From Chiloscyllium plagiosum (taxonomy: Eukaryota): a DNA stretch of 64,000 nt. Below, in pieces: positions 13,968 through 27,544 of the stretch. Below the pieces are notes generated by a model, which saw only the letters and a list, made by a program, of their open reading frames with translations, did no database searches and was not told the origin of the DNA. The position numbers and the translations under genes are program-made. Where the stretch lies: NCBI RefSeq assembly GCF_004010195.1, contig NC_057753.1, forward strand, positions 10,698,135 through 10,762,134, in the 5' to 3' direction. The stretch's first letter is position 1, and each line of letters begins with the position of its first letter.

Positions 13968-14467
13968 NNNNNNNNNNNNNNNNNNNNNNNNNNNNNNNNN
14001 NNNNNNNNNNNNNNNNNNNNNNNNNNNNNNNNNNNNNNNNNNNNNNNNNNNNNNNNNNNNNNNNNNNNNNNNNNNNNNNNNNNNNNNNNNNNNNNNNNNN
14101 NNNNNNNNNNNNNNNNNNNNNNNNNNNNNNNNNNNNNNNNNNNNNNNNNNNNNNNNNNNNNNNNNNNNNNNNNNNNNNNNNNNNNNNNNNNNNNNNNNNN
14201 NNNNNNNNNNNNNNNNNNNNNNNNNNNNNNNNNNNNNNNNNNNNNNNNNNNNNNNNNNNNNNNNNNNNNNNNNNNNNNNNNNNNNNNNNNNNNNNNNNNN
14301 NNNNNNNNNNNNNNNNNNNNNNNNNNNNNNNNNNNNNNNNNNNNNNNNNNNNNNNNNNNNNNNNNNNNNNNNNNNNNNNNNNNNNNNNNNNNNNNNNNNN
14401 NNNNNNNNNNNNNNNNNNNNNNNNNNNNNNNNNNNNNNNNNNNNNNNNNNNNNNNNNNNNNNNNNNN
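13968..14467. other. Assembly gap (500 N)
   Basis: N run. Confidence 1.
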
Positions 14468-16367
14468 CTTCCTCCCACAGTTCAAAGATCTGCAGTTTAG
14501 GGTAGATCGGCCGTGTTAATGTCCAGGGTTGTGCAGCTTCTGGTGGGTTAGCCATGGGGAACTGCAGGGTTGTAGGCTAAGCGGTTTGGTCTGGGTTGGA
14601 TGCTATTCAGAAGGTCGGTGTGAATTTGATGGGCTGAATGGCCTGTAGGGATTATATGATTCTACTGCCTTAGTTACGTGTATATTGAGAAATGATTGCC
14701 CCAAGTCTGCTGTGGGAGGAGTGGGTTCCAGTTATGACACACTGACACTGGTCCTGGGGAAGGTGGAATTTATGCTGTCTCTCTCCCTATTCTCTTTCTC
14801 TCTCTTTTCCCCCCCACCCCCATTCATTCTCTCTCTCCCCATGGTCTGCACCCCACATTCTCTCTCCCCTCACACTCTTTCCCCCACGTCTCTCCATTCT
14901 CTCCCCCAACCCTCTGTCCCCCTAGCCACTTTCTCTCCCTTATCCACCCCCCGCATCCTTTCTCGTCCCTCGAGCCCTCTTTGCTCACTGTATCAAACAT
15001 TTCTCAGAAAAGAGAGAAAGAATGGATGGCGATGACTCTACTTGGGAGATGGGGGTGCATGAGAAAAGGCTGATTTTTAAAATTGAGAATAGCTAAAATG
15101 ATATATTCAGAAACATTGTTAAAGTCTGAAAGCATGTTCATTTTTTTAAAAGCTGCAGAAATCTTTCTGAAACAGCTCAGGACCAGCTGGAAGGGGTGAA
15201 TGGCCATTGCCTAGTCTTGTGAAATTGGTTCTGATGATTGAGAAATACAGTCATAGAGTTGTAGAGCATGGAAACAAACCCTTCAGTCCGCGCTGACTAG
15301 ATTAATCTAGTGACCCATTTGCCAGCAGTTGGCCCATATCCCTCAAAACCCTTCCTTTTTATATACAGATGCCTTTTAAATGTAATTGTACCAGCCTCCT
15401 TTAGTAGTTTGTTCACTACACGCACCACCCTCTGCACAAAAAAGTTGCCCTTTAGGTCCCTTCTAAATCTTTCCCCTCTCACCCTAAACCTATGCCCCTC
15501 TACTTTGGGATTCCCGTATCCTGGGAAAAAGACGTGCAAAAGTTGAGCAGCCAGACAAAATGCAAAAGGAATAAAATGTCGAGTCGCAGGGAAAAAAAAA
15601 TTGTGGTTCCAGCCTTTTTCTCTTCTATTGGCATTTGGACACTTAAAATTTGTCAGTAACACCAGGCCACTTTGTACGTCACGCATAATTTCTGATGAAG
15701 GACTTGTGCCTGAAGCGTCATCTCTCCTACTACTCAGATTCGGCCTGACACGCTGTGCTTTTCAACAGAGCATGCGCCTCGGTGTCAGCAAAGCACTGCG
15801 CATGCACCTTGGTGCCCGCAGAAACGGCGTGCAACCGTCTTTCCATGCGCCAAGTGGGAGCTGTGGAGGACTGGAAGCAGTCTTGTCCTCCTGCCAATCA
15901 GAGCCACCTATTGTCTAAATATTGTTGGACCTTGTGCTTCTGAAGCTGCTGCTCCTCTCTCTCTGAATGAAGGTTGAGCTTCACTTTTAACCCTGGTAAC
16001 ATCCTTGTAAACATTTTCTGAACTCTTTCCAATTTCAGAACATCCTTCTGAGGGGATGGAGACCAGAATTGTATGCAATATTCCAAAAATGGCCTCACCA
16101 ATATCTTGTACAGCTGCAACATGACCTCCCAACTCCTATGCTCCGTGCTTTGACCAATAAAGGTAGGTATATTCATATCCAGTTATGATCTGTTCAGTGC
16201 AGGTTCATACTTCCTGGAAAGTGAAGTCAAAGGTAGACTGGATAGTGAAGAAGGCGTTTGGTATGATTTCCTTTACTGATCAGAGTATTGAGTACAGGAG
16301 TTGGGATTCATGTTGCAGCTGTGCAGAACATTGGTTCGGCCACTTTTGAAATACTGCATTCAGTTCT

Positions 16368-16769
16368 ATAATAAAGGACGAGACATCTGCTGCTACGGAT
16401 TGATAAGACCACTCACATTGACAGTGTAGAAAAACAAATCCTTGATTGATAAGACCACTAACTCTGACAGAGAAGAATAAGTCCTTGACTGATAAGACTA
16501 CAGGGTAGAAAAACAACTCGGGAGACATCGGCTGCAGACTTTATGATAAGGGTGCAGAATGGAAAAATACTGAACGGTTTAGAATGTGAACCTCGTGACT
16601 CTTTAGAGCCAAAGAGGGGAGGGACTTGTCCTGTATTTAATCAGAAACATTGTTAGCCTCGGCGCGCTTTTCTCAGAAGGGTGCCCAACTCTGCAGACTT
16701 GCTAATAAAACTTTGTTTTCCTGAATTTGTCTAGAGCGATTATTGAGAAGCGATTTTCGTTTCTAACAA
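16368..16769 (+). mobile_element. Partial LTR (U3 repeats, TATA-like, AATAAA, ends TAACA)
   Basis: Four TGATAAG motifs, TATTTAA near 16634, AATAAA near 16704, and a terminal ...tttctaaca. Confidence 0.6.
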
Positions 16770-17051
16770 TTTCCTTTATTGATCAGAGTATTGAGAACAG
16801 GAGTTGGGATTCATGTTGCAGCTGTGCAGAACATTGGTTCGGCCACTTTTGAAATACTGCATTCAGTTCTGGTCTCCCTGCTATAGGAAAGATGTTTGAC
16901 AGGGGTTGGAAAAGATGTGCAAGGCAGTTGCCAGAGTTGGAGCGGTTGAGCTATAGGGAGAAGCTGAATAGGCTGGGCCTGTTTCACTAGAGTGTTGGAG
17001 GCTGAGGGGTGACCTTAAAGAAGTTCGTAAAGGGCATGGATAGGGTGAATT

Positions 17052-17370
17052 GGGCGGCACGGTGGCACAGTGGTTAGCACTGCTGCCTCACAGCACCTGA
17101 GACCTGGGTTCAATTCCTGCCTCAGGCGACTGACTATGTGGAGTTTGCACATTCTCCCCGTGTCTGCGTGGGTTTCCTCTGAGTGCTCTGGTTTCCTCCC
17201 ACAGTCCAAAGATGTGCAGGTCAGGTGAATTGACCATGTTAAATTGCCCGTAGTGTTAGGTAATGGGTAAATATAGGGGTATGGGTGGGTTGCGCTTCAG
17301 CGGGTCGGTGTGGACTTGTTGGGCCGAAGGACCTGTTTCCACACTGTAATGTAATCTAATCTAATCTAAT
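17052..17370 (+). mobile_element. Full-length V-SINE (HE1-like)
   Basis: ggcggcacggtggcacagtggttagc head through the (TCTAA)n tail. Confidence 0.9.
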
Positions 17371-19749
17371 ACTCAAGGTCTTTTCCCCAGGGTTGCGCAG
17401 TCCAGAACTAGAGGGCATAGGTTTGAGGTGAGAGGGAAAAGATTTAAAAGGGACCTTGGGGTAACTTTTTCACACAGAGGATTGTGTATGTATGGAATGA
17501 GCTGCCAGAGGAAGTGGTGGAGGCTGGTACAATTACAGCATTTAAAAGGCATCTGGATCAGTATATGAATAGCAAGAGTTTAGAGGGATATGGGCTAAGA
17601 GCTGGCAAATGAGATTAGGATCAATCGATTTAGGATATCTGGTTGGCACAGAAGACTTGGACTGAAGGGTCTGTTTCCATGCTGTATGACTCTAATCGTC
17701 TTCAGTAAACGCAGAAGTGTCATTGTGAAGACTGGGCTTTCAGAGCAGCTTTCAAAGATGTTTTGTCCTTATTGGGAGCAGAACTTACACAGAAATTTTC
17801 CATTTGTGAGACAGCAACTGAGTACCAAAAGAGAAAATCTCAGCAGATCTGGCAGCATCTGTAAGGAGAGAAAAGAGCTGACGTTTCAAGTCTAATTGAC
17901 CCTTTGTCAAAGCTAAAAAAAAGGGGGAAATACTAGGGGAAATACTGGGGGAAATACTAGGCTGAGAGAAGGTGAGTCATGGCTCCAGAAGCAAAGGTAG
18001 CAATAAAGAGCTGCTAATGACCGTGCGTGGAGAGATTATAGGGAGATTAGGAGCTGTGAATGACCAGGGAGTACATTCTGGATTTTGGTGGAAAGTGGAA
18101 ATTCATTGCATTGTGGGTTGAAGTGCTTTAAGGTTTACCGACAGTAGGTGAAGTGTGTTGAGTGGGGAGCCTAGTAAAGGGTGAGGTGGGGTTTTGTTTA
18201 AAACTGTTCATTTCTTTCAGTCTCCAACAATGATGCACAGCATTAGAAATACAGAAGAAGCAGCAAATAAGTAACTGTTATCAGTAGAAGCCTTTGAATT
18301 TTCAGTACTGCAGGTATTACATTGTTTCATTGGCATTACAAAGTATACTGGCAGCGGTGGGAGGTGTGGGCTGTGTTCACTAGAAATGATTAAGCAGTTA
18401 GATAACACACATACGAGAGGGCAGATTGAGTCTTGTCTTTCAATTTGCAGAAAGTGGGAGTTTCTGGGTACTGTGATCTGGGGCAAACATAACTGTGGGA
18501 AATCAGAGAAGCCCAACAGTGTGGAACCAGGCCCTTTGGTCCAACAAGTCCAGGTCAACCCCTCCGAAGATCATGCCACCCAGACTCACCTCACCCCACC
18601 CATGAGGTCATTTCTGCTGGTGGGTGAGATTATGCCTCAGGATTAGGAGAAGTAGATTTAGGACAGAGATGAGGAGGAACTGCTTTTCCTGGAGAGTAGT
18701 GAATCTATGGAAATTTTTTGTCCAGGGAAGCTGTAGAGGCAGCTTCATTGAATATATTCAGGACACAGTTGGATGGGTTTTTACATGATAAAGGAATTAA
18801 GGGTAGTTGGAATAATGGAGGTAGGATGGATCGATCTGCCATGATCTTAATGAATGGTACAGCAGGTGCGACGGGCCAAATGGCCTACTCTTGGAGGGGT
18901 TACTATGAAACTATAATCCTGCATTTCCATTGGATTACCCACCAAACCTGCACATCCCTGAACACTATGGGCAATTTAACATGGCCAATCCAAATCAAGA
19001 CAGATGACCAACGTAGTGATAGAAAGGGACAAGGAAAGTTGATTACCAGCAATCAAAACTGGATTCTAAAGATCACAATAATTGAAACTAAAAACTATAT
19101 ATCTGAATGTGTGCTGCATCGTAACAAAAGTGAAGGAATTGACTGCACATGTTAAAGAGAATAATTATGATCTGAGACTCCTTACAGAGACGTGGCTTCA
19201 GGATGAAAAGGATTCTGAATATCGAGGGGGTATGTGGCATTCAAGTCGAATGGGAAGCTAGGTAAAGATTGGCACTGCTAATCACAGCACTTATAACATG
19301 GTAGTTTGGTGTTAAGGATTTCAGTCCTGATTTCTCTGTTGATCTCCCTGTTCCCACAGAATTAGATGTTGTCTGTTCTCAGCTCTGCTGGCTTTCTGCT
19401 GAAGCTTTGAACCCCCTTTTCCACCTTCTGGACCAATAAAACATTCAATCAAAACCCAACCCACAATCTCCCAGCCTGTCAATGATCCAGACAGAGAGTC
19501 AACGTAGCGGGAACTAAAACAAGAAAAGTGAAACAAAATTAGAAATACATATGTAGTCGGTGCTCATAATTAATGTTTCTTCATTAGGAAGTTAACCAGA
19601 AATAGGGGCCTCCCAGTGCCCTACTTGAGGAATTCTCTCTCCCTTACATCTAACTATTAGTACTCAGCTAGGATTTATAATAATGTTTACATCAACAGAA
19701 ATAAAGTGTCTTATCAAATAGAGAGATATATGCAGCATGAAAATAGATC

Positions 19750-20235
19750 TTTTCTCTCTCATGCACATACACAACAGATGTATATTGGTGAATTTGTATT
19801 TGCAGAATATTTGCAAACACATTCTATTTTGCGCAAAAAATGCACAATATGCAGGCAGTCAATACATGTAACATTTTGTAAATTCCACTTTGGAAATAGA
19901 ACCAGTCTGTCTCAAAATTAGGATACAGATTCTGACTTCACACCTTTAATGCATTGTCTGACCTGTGATGTCACCTTTTGTGGTGGCTCAAGAAGGTGAC
20001 TTATCAGAAATTCTGAGATTTACATGTTAATGATACCCAGTCTAAAAGATGACAGACTTAACAATCCAGGTTTGTTCAATATGCCAGGTTTCAGTGGCAT
20101 GACACCACCATGGTTCAATTATAAATTCTGTGTCTTATGATCTTATACTCTACAACCACCTGATGAAGGAGCAGTGCTCCGAAAGCTAGTGCTTCTGTTG
20201 GACTATAACCTGGTGTTGAGTGATTTTTAACTTTA
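19750..20235 (+). mobile_element. Penelope-like family 2 3' region with intact hammerhead-like core
   Basis: CTGATGA-A-GGAGC-AGT-GCTCC-GAAA at 20160-20184. Confidence 0.65.
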
Positions 20236-21708
20236 TCCAGGTTGGGGTGGATTTGCCATGCTAATTTACCCCTGATTAATGCACCTAACTTGCACAACCC
20301 TGAGCACTATGAATAAATGTAGATTAATAGGGGTAGGGGAATGGGTCTGGGTGGGTTACTCTTCGGAAGGTTTTTGGGGACTCATTGGGCTGGGTGGCCT
20401 GCTTCCACAATGTAGGGATTGTATGAAGGGAAGGGATTTTAATGCGCCCTCATCTCGTCCCGCTCTGCTGCAGGACAGTGCAGACCAACGACATCACAAC
20501 GTGGAAGTGGTCCTGTCAGTTTCAGAGTGAAACTCCCTCCCTCTGGACAACACCTCATCCTGGGAGGGAGGAAGAGAGCTTGGGGTGCAGTGGGAGTGGG
20601 GGAGGAGGTGAATCGAAATCTGTTTACTTGTAGCAACTGGAGTGAATCCAGGGAGGGAGCAGACTCTGCAAACTCAGGTATTTCAAGATCAGAGTGGTGC
20701 TGGAAAAGCATAGCAGGTCAGGCAGCATCCGAGGAGTAGGAAAATTGCATTTTGGGCAAAAGCCCTTCATCATTTCCTGGATGAGTATATGATGAGGAAT
20801 GGTTCAGAGGGATATGGGCCAGGTGGTGACAAATGGATAGGCTCGGATATCTGATCGGCATGTACGAGTTGGACCCAAGGGTCTGTTTCTGTGCTGTATA
20901 TCTCTGAGACTCTGGCTTGTCACTAACGTTTTCCACGTCTGTCGAATCAGTTTCTCTCTGGTGTCTGTGTCAATGCCTTGATGACTCATTCCCAAAATCA
21001 GACCTGCTCACTCTCAGCAGTATCCCAATGTCATGAAAGACATTAACTTTCAGGTGAAATTATCCAAAATTCAAAGAGATGTCAGACTTGACATTTTTTG
21101 CTTTTCTGTCCCTGTAAGAGTCTGAATCAGCACCTTCAGAAAACTTAGTTAAAGCGGAGTGAGAACAGAGGGGGAGAAAGAGTGGGATGGTGCTTTCAAT
21201 TTTGTGGAACAACAAAACAAAAGAACGTTCTGCAGAAAGTAGAGTTGCTTGTTCAGAATTTCTACCCTGCACTGACAGTGATGTCTTTTGGAATCTCTAA
21301 ATGAGGGGTATTTGAAGATCTGAAGACACAATTTTCAAAATCAACAGATGAAGGGCTTATGCCTTATTTCGACTCTCCTTCTCAGATGTTCCCTGGCCTG
21401 CTGTGCTTTTCCAGTGCCGCACTTTTCGACTCGGACTCTCCAATGTCTGCAACCCTCACTGTCACGTCAATGTCTGAGTGTCACTCAATCCATCATGACC
21501 GCAATGACTTTCGACTATGCTCCTATTCTCAGAATCAAAGCTTTTTGGTTCCTGTTTCAGCAATTTTTCAAAATCAGTGGGACTGGATGCAAGACCCTAC
21601 TGTTGCAGGGCATTGAGTGTGCAGCCTGAAAGCATTATACAGCCTGGAAAGAGGAATTCAGGGCGGGAGGGCTCTACATGCATTTTTTGTGTGGTTGAAG
21701 CTTCGGCC

Positions 21709-22350
21709 ATGGAGAAACCTGAGGAATTCCACCCTGTGGAGAAACCATGAAAATGTGGCAACTGTGGGAAATGCTGGAGACTCATTGGCACAGTCACACC
21801 AGGGAGAGGTCATTATTCTGCCCCAACTGTGGGAAGGGCTTCAGCAATTTGTCCGTCCTGCTGAGGCACTGGCAGGTCCAAACAGCTGGTTCTCCTGCCC
21901 CGTGAGCGGGGAGGGCTTTATCCAGGCCTCCCACCTGCTGGCCAACTGGCAGATCCACATGGGGCAAGAGGCCTTTCAGCTGCCATTAGTGCAGGAAGGG
22001 CTTTATCCAGACTTCCAGCCTCATAGCCCACCGGTGGGTCTACACTAGGGAGAGGCCCTTCAGCTGCTCTGAGTGCAGGAAGGCCTTCAGCAATTCCTCT
22101 GTCTTGCTGAGACACCAGTGGTTTCACACAAGGGAGAGGCCGTTCTCCTGCTTCGAGTATGGGAATTGCTTTAACTGCTCCTCCACACTGCTGACCCATG
22201 GGTGATTCCACACGGGGAGAGGCTGTTGACCTGCTCCGTGTGCAGGAAGGGATTAATCAATTCTTGGGACCTGCTGAACCATCAGCAGGTCCACAACAGG
22301 GAAGAGGCCGTTCACCTGCCCAGAGTGCGGGAAGGACTTCAGTCAGGTGG
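21709..22350 (+). pseudogene. C2H2 ZNF pseudogene
   Basis: MEKP start, in-frame TGA at the WKC position, and several decayed xGERPF-C2H2 units with frameshifts. Confidence 0.85.
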
Positions 22351-22950
22351 GCAACCAGCAAATGGAATTCTGTCAGAAATCTGACACAATTACAGCATTT
22401 AAAAAGCATCTAGATGGGTATATGAACAGGTCGGGTTTCGAAGGATAATGGCCAAGTGCTGGCAAATGGGACTAGAATTTTCACACTGGGAAGGAAAGAG
22501 AGAGGGGAAACGCTGTTCACTTGTAGCAACTGGAGTGTATCCAGGGAGGGAGTTTACTCTCCAAAAGTGCTCAGACACTCTCTGACCCTCTGAAAGGTAT
22601 TTTCCTTGTGTACTCCCTCAGTTTGCACCCCAGAAAGGGATTGCTTCTTTCCTCACAAGAATCACACACCATGTGTTTGCAAATTGAGACACAGGCCTGG
22701 ATCAATTTTCCAGAGTCTGTCCCCTCCCTCAATTCACTCTTTCCTTTCAGTTGCTGCAAGTCAACAATGAAAAAAAATGGAAAATGTGTTGAGAAAAGAA
22801 ACTACTGTACTCCAACATGCTTATTTTGAAGCACTAGGCTTCGGAGGTGGTTGTGAAATATAAGATCGCAAGATCATAAATTCTGTTGGACTATAACCTG
22901 GTGTGGTGCGATTTTTAACTTTGACTAACATCAACTGAGCATGCATCGCG

Positions 22951-23235
22951 ACATCAGCAAAGCACTGCGCATGTCCGGCAGTGTCAGCAAAGCACTGCGC
23001 ATGTCCGGCAGTGTCAGCAAAGCACTGCGCATACTCTTGGGTGTCCGCAGACACGGCGCGCGAGCTCTTTTCCGTGGACCATTGGAGGACCGGAAGGAGT
23101 ATGGTCCTCCTGTCAGTCAGAGCCGACCATTGTCGAAATGCGGAAGTTGGATCGTGAGCTTCAGAAGCAGTTGCTGCTCCTTTTCTCTCTGAATGCAGAT
23201 TGAACTTCACCCCAGATCGTAACTTCCTTCCACTG
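22951..23235 (+). promoter_or_regulatory. CpG-rich candidate promoter and first exon of the ZNF module
   Basis: 30-bp tandem repeat containing TGCGCATG (NRF1-like), CGGAAG ETS-like motifs at 23091 and 23141, and a GTGAGT donor-like site near 23246. Paralogous copies near 15770, 36210-36630 and 42460-42615. Confidence 0.45.
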
Positions 23236-23849
23236 TCCAACATTTGTGAGTACGGTAGTTTCTTTTCTCAATACATTTTCCATTTTTTTTCATTCTGGGC
23301 TTCACTTGCAGCAACTGAAAGGAAAGAGAGTGAATTGAGGGAGGGGACAGACTCTGGAAAAGTTGATCCAGGTCTGTGTCTCAATTTGCAAACACATGGC
23401 AAATGCATGGTGAAGTTATAGTCTTTGCTGTGTAAAATAAAAAGCAGAAATGAGGTGCGTTGTTTAAATGGTGAGATGTGGAGAAAGTGAGGACTGGAGA
23501 TCAGAGTTGAAAAGTGTAGTGCTGGAAAAGCACAACAGGTTAGGCAGCATCCGAGGAGTAGCAAAGTTGACGTTTCGGGCACAAGCCCTTCATCAGCGAT
23601 GATGTGTGGATGGACAACGGGGTCTCAGCGTCCTTCAACACCAGTCACTGCCAGTTGTCAGGTGCAGCAAACACTGTGCAAAGCAAGTGGTATATTAGCA
23701 AGAGGGATTGAGTTCAGAAGTGGGGATGTCTTCTTGTAGTTAGGTCATTGAATGTATTCAAGGCTGAGTTAATTTGACTTTGAAGAACAAAGAAGTGGAT
23801 GGTTATGGGGAAAGCAAGAAAATGGTTTTAAGACTAGTACAAAACAGTC

Positions 23850-25150
23850 ACAGAGTCATACAGCACAGAAACAGACTGTTCAATCCAAATAGTCCATGCT
23901 GACTATGTTCTCAAACTAAACTAGTCCCACCAGCCAGTGTTTGGCCCATATCCTCCGAACCTTTCCTATTCATGTACTTATCCAAACATTGGAGGTGTAC
24001 CTGCATCCACCACTTCCTCTGGACATTTATTCCACACACAAACCACTGTCTGGCTAAGTAAAAAAGTGCCCCTCATGTCTTTTTAAAATATTTCTCCTCT
24101 CATCTTAAAAATTGCTCCCTAATCTTGAAACCTCCACCTGAGGGAAAGGACACCTGCCGTTCACCTCATGATATTATAATCCTCTATAAGGCCACCTCTC
24201 AATCTCCGATGCTCCAGTGAAAATAGTCCCGGCCTGAACCACCTAGATGCAGGTATATTTATATCCAGTTATGAACTGTTCAATGCTGGTGCAGGCTGGA
24301 AAGACCAAATGGCCTATTCCTACTCTCAAATCTCAGACTCTGTGTCCAGAACAGCAAAAGAACATAGGACATTGAAGCAGAAATTAGGCCAGTCAGCCCT
24401 TCAGGTGTGCTCCATCATTCAATCACGGCTGACAATTTTCTTAACCCCATTTTGGAAAGGCAGTTCAAAGCAGGATCTATACAGTTAATTGGACAAAGGT
24501 ACCTTGGAGTGCAGGTTCATATTTTGTTGAAAGTGGGATACAGGTAGACAGGATAGCAAAGAAGGTGTTTAGTGTGCTTGTTTGATAGGTCAGTGCATTT
24601 TGGTATAGAAGTTGGGAGGTCATGTTGTGGCTGTACATTGATTAGGTCACTTTTGGAATACTGTTCAGTGCTGGTTTCCCTGCCAAAGGAAAAATGTTGC
24701 AAATCTATGAAAGGGTTTGGATAAGATTTACGAGGCTGTTGCCAGAGTTGGAAAGTTTGCGCTATAGGGGGAGGCTGAATAGGCTGGGGCTGTTTTCCTT
24801 GGAGCATTGGAGACTGAGGGGTGACTTTATAGAAGTTCATAAGGAGCATGGATAGGGTGAATAGCCAAGAATCTTTTCCCCAGAGTAGGGGAATCTAGAG
24901 GGCACAGGTTTGAGCTGACAGGGGAATGATTTAAAAGGAACCTTAGGGGAAGTTTTCTCACGCAGAGGGTGATGCATGCATGGAATGAGCTGCCAGAGGA
25001 AGTGGTGGAGGCCCTATAATTGCAACATTTTTAAAGGCATCTGGATGAGTACATAAATAGGGAGGGTTGGGACGAATATGGGCTAAGTACTCGCAAATGG
25101 GACTATGTTAATTTAGGATATCTGTTCAGTCCAGACGAGCTGGATCAAAG
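23850..25150. mobile_element. Two CR1 3' fragments (23850-24240 minus; 24450-25150 plus)
   Basis: CR1 ORF2 C-terminal and tail motifs. Confidence 0.75.
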
Positions 25151-26124
25151 GAAAGCAGAAGTGTTGTGAAGACTGGACTTTCAGAGCAGCTTTCAAAGAT
25201 GTTTTGCCCTTACTGGGAGCAGAAGAAGTTACAATGAAATTTTTCATTTGTGCGACAGCAACTGAGTGAGTGAGGACACCCAGGATTTTGGTGGAAAGTG
25301 GGAATTTGTTGCAATGTGGGGTTGAAGTGTTTTAAGGTTTACTGGCAGTAAGTAAAGTGTTCTGAATGGGGAGCCTAGTGAAGGGTTAGGTGGGTTTCTG
25401 TTTTAAACTGCTCATTACATTTAGCCTCCAACATTGTTTTTCTAATGCTGTGCATCAGCAACTGCTATCGTTAGAAGTCTTACAATTTTCAATACTACAG
25501 GTAATGCATTGTTTCACCAGCATTGTTACGTTTAGTGGCAGAAGAGGGAGGTGTGGGCTGTATTCACTCAACGATTTATCAGTTAGGTGAAACAACATAC
25601 AAGAGGCAGGGTGGGACTTGTCTTTCAATTTGCAGAAGGTGGGAGATTCTGAGTGCTGTGATCTGTGGCAAACACAACTTTGGTAAATCATAGAGGCCCT
25701 CCAGTGGAGAAGCAGGCCATTCATCCCATCAAGTCCACACTGACCCGTCGGAAGATCATGCCACCCAGACCCACCCTATCCAATTGTTTCTGCTGGTGGG
25801 TGAGACGAGGCCACAAGATTGGGGGGACTAGGTTTAGGGCAGAGGAGGAGGAACTGCTTTTCCCGGAGAGTGGTGAATCTATGGAATTCTTTGGTCAAGG
25901 AAGCAATAGAAGCAGCCATATTCAAGACTCGGTTCAATGGGAGTTTGCATGGTAGGGGAATTTAGGGTGGTTGGGATAATGCAGGTAAGAGCAGCTGAGA
26001 CGATGGATAGATCAGCCGCGATCTTAATTAATGGTGGACTAGGCTCGATGGGCCAAATGCCCTGCTCCTGCTTCTATTACTGTGAATGTATAAAAATGCA
26101 TTTCTCATGGCCAATCCAAATCAA

Positions 26125-27499
26125 AGCTGAAAATGTGTTGCTGGAAAAGTGCTGAAACTTTATTGCTGGAACAGCACAGCAGGTCAGGCAGCATCTAGGG
26201 AACAGAAGATTCGACGTTTCGGGCACATGCCCTTCTTCAGGAATGAGGAAAGTGTGCCAAACAGGCTAAGATAAAAGGTAGGGAGGAGGGACTTGGAGGA
26301 GGGGCGTTGGAAATGTGATAGGTGGAAAGAGGCCAAGGTGAGGGTGATAGGTCGGAGTAGGATGGAGGCGGAGAGGACAAGAAGAAGACTGCAGGTCAGG
26401 AAGGCGGCCCGCCGCATCTGCTCCCAGGAGGACCAGTTCAAAATACGTACAACACAGATGGCCTCCTTCTTCAAGGACCGCAATTTCCCCCCCGACGTGG
26501 TCGACGGTGCCCCCCACCGCATCTCCTCCACTTCCCGCTCCTCCGCCCTTGAGCCCCGCCCCTCCAACCGCCACCAGGACAGAACCCCACTGGTCCTCAC
26601 CTACCACCCCACCAATCTCCATGTACAGCGCATCATCCGCCGTCACTTCCGCCACCTCCAAACAGACCCAGCACCAAGGATATATTTCCCTCCCCTCCCC
26701 TATCAGCTGTCCGTAGAGACCACTCCCTCCGCGACTCCCTTGTCAGATCCACACCCCCCACCGACCCAACCACCACTCCCGGCACCTTCCCTTGCAACCG
26801 CAGGAGGTGCAACACTTGCGCCCACACCTCCCCCCTCACTCCTCTCCAAGGCCCCAAAGGAAACTTCCATATCCGCCACAGATTCACCTGCACCTCCACC
26901 CACATCATCTACTGCATCCGCTGCAGCCGGTGTGGCCTCCTCTACATTGGGGAGACAGGCCGCCTACTTGCGGAGCGATTCAGAGAGCACCTCTGGGCCA
27001 CCCGGACGAACCAACCCAACCACCCTGTAGCACAGCATTTCAACTCCCCCTCCCACTCCACCGAGGATATGCAGGTCATTGGACTCATCCACCGCCAAAC
27101 CACAACAACCCGACGGTCGGAGGAGGAGCGTCTTATCTTCCGACTGGGAACACTCCAACCGCAGGGGATGAACTTGGACCTCACCAGTTTCTTCATCCCC
27201 CCTCCCCCCACCTTGTCTCAGCCGAATCCCTCCAGCCCGGCACCGCCTTCCTGACCTGCAGTCTGGGGCCCATGCGGGTGCCCATGGCTACTCTTTTTGT
27301 TTGGAGGAAATGGAAGGATTGGAAAGAGAAGTTGTTCAGAGTGAGGACCAGTTCAGTCAGTCAAAGGAGGGTGTCAGTGGAAGGGGAGTGGTTGGTATGG
27401 CGAGAAAGGAAGAAGTGGAGGGCTTTGAGTCTTTTGTGATGGGGGATGAAGGTGAACAGGGACTAGATGTCCATGGTGAAGATAAGGCATTGGGGAATT
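26125..27499. mobile_element. Rearranged Penelope-like element (RT and GIY-YIG endonuclease) with central inversion
   Basis: Plus 26408-27240 reads RRICSQ..LVLTYHP..CNRRRCNTC..IYCIRCSRCGLLYIGETGR..RFREH. Minus 27265-27499 is RT core (FTMDI*SLFTFIPH..AMGTRMGP). Minus 26125-26407 is the 3' tail. Flanked by direct repeat CAAATCAA. Confidence 0.9.
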
Positions 27500-27544
27500 C
27501 AAATCAATCTCTCTCTCCCCCTCTGTTTGCACTCCGCTCTAACA

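Larger units (their letters stand above)
16210..17695 (+). mobile_element. CR1 LINE 3' part, interrupted by an LTR fragment and a SINE
   Basis: CR1 ORF2 C-terminal motifs continue across both insertions. Confidence 0.75.

Noticed and set aside
13537..14555. Long ORFs of 221-313 aa spanning the first gap
   Set aside because: Their length comes from N runs; only the ZNF part at 13537-13930 is supported.
22951..23032. CRISPR-like array
   Set aside because: Head-to-tail tandem repeat with no spacers, in eukaryotic DNA.
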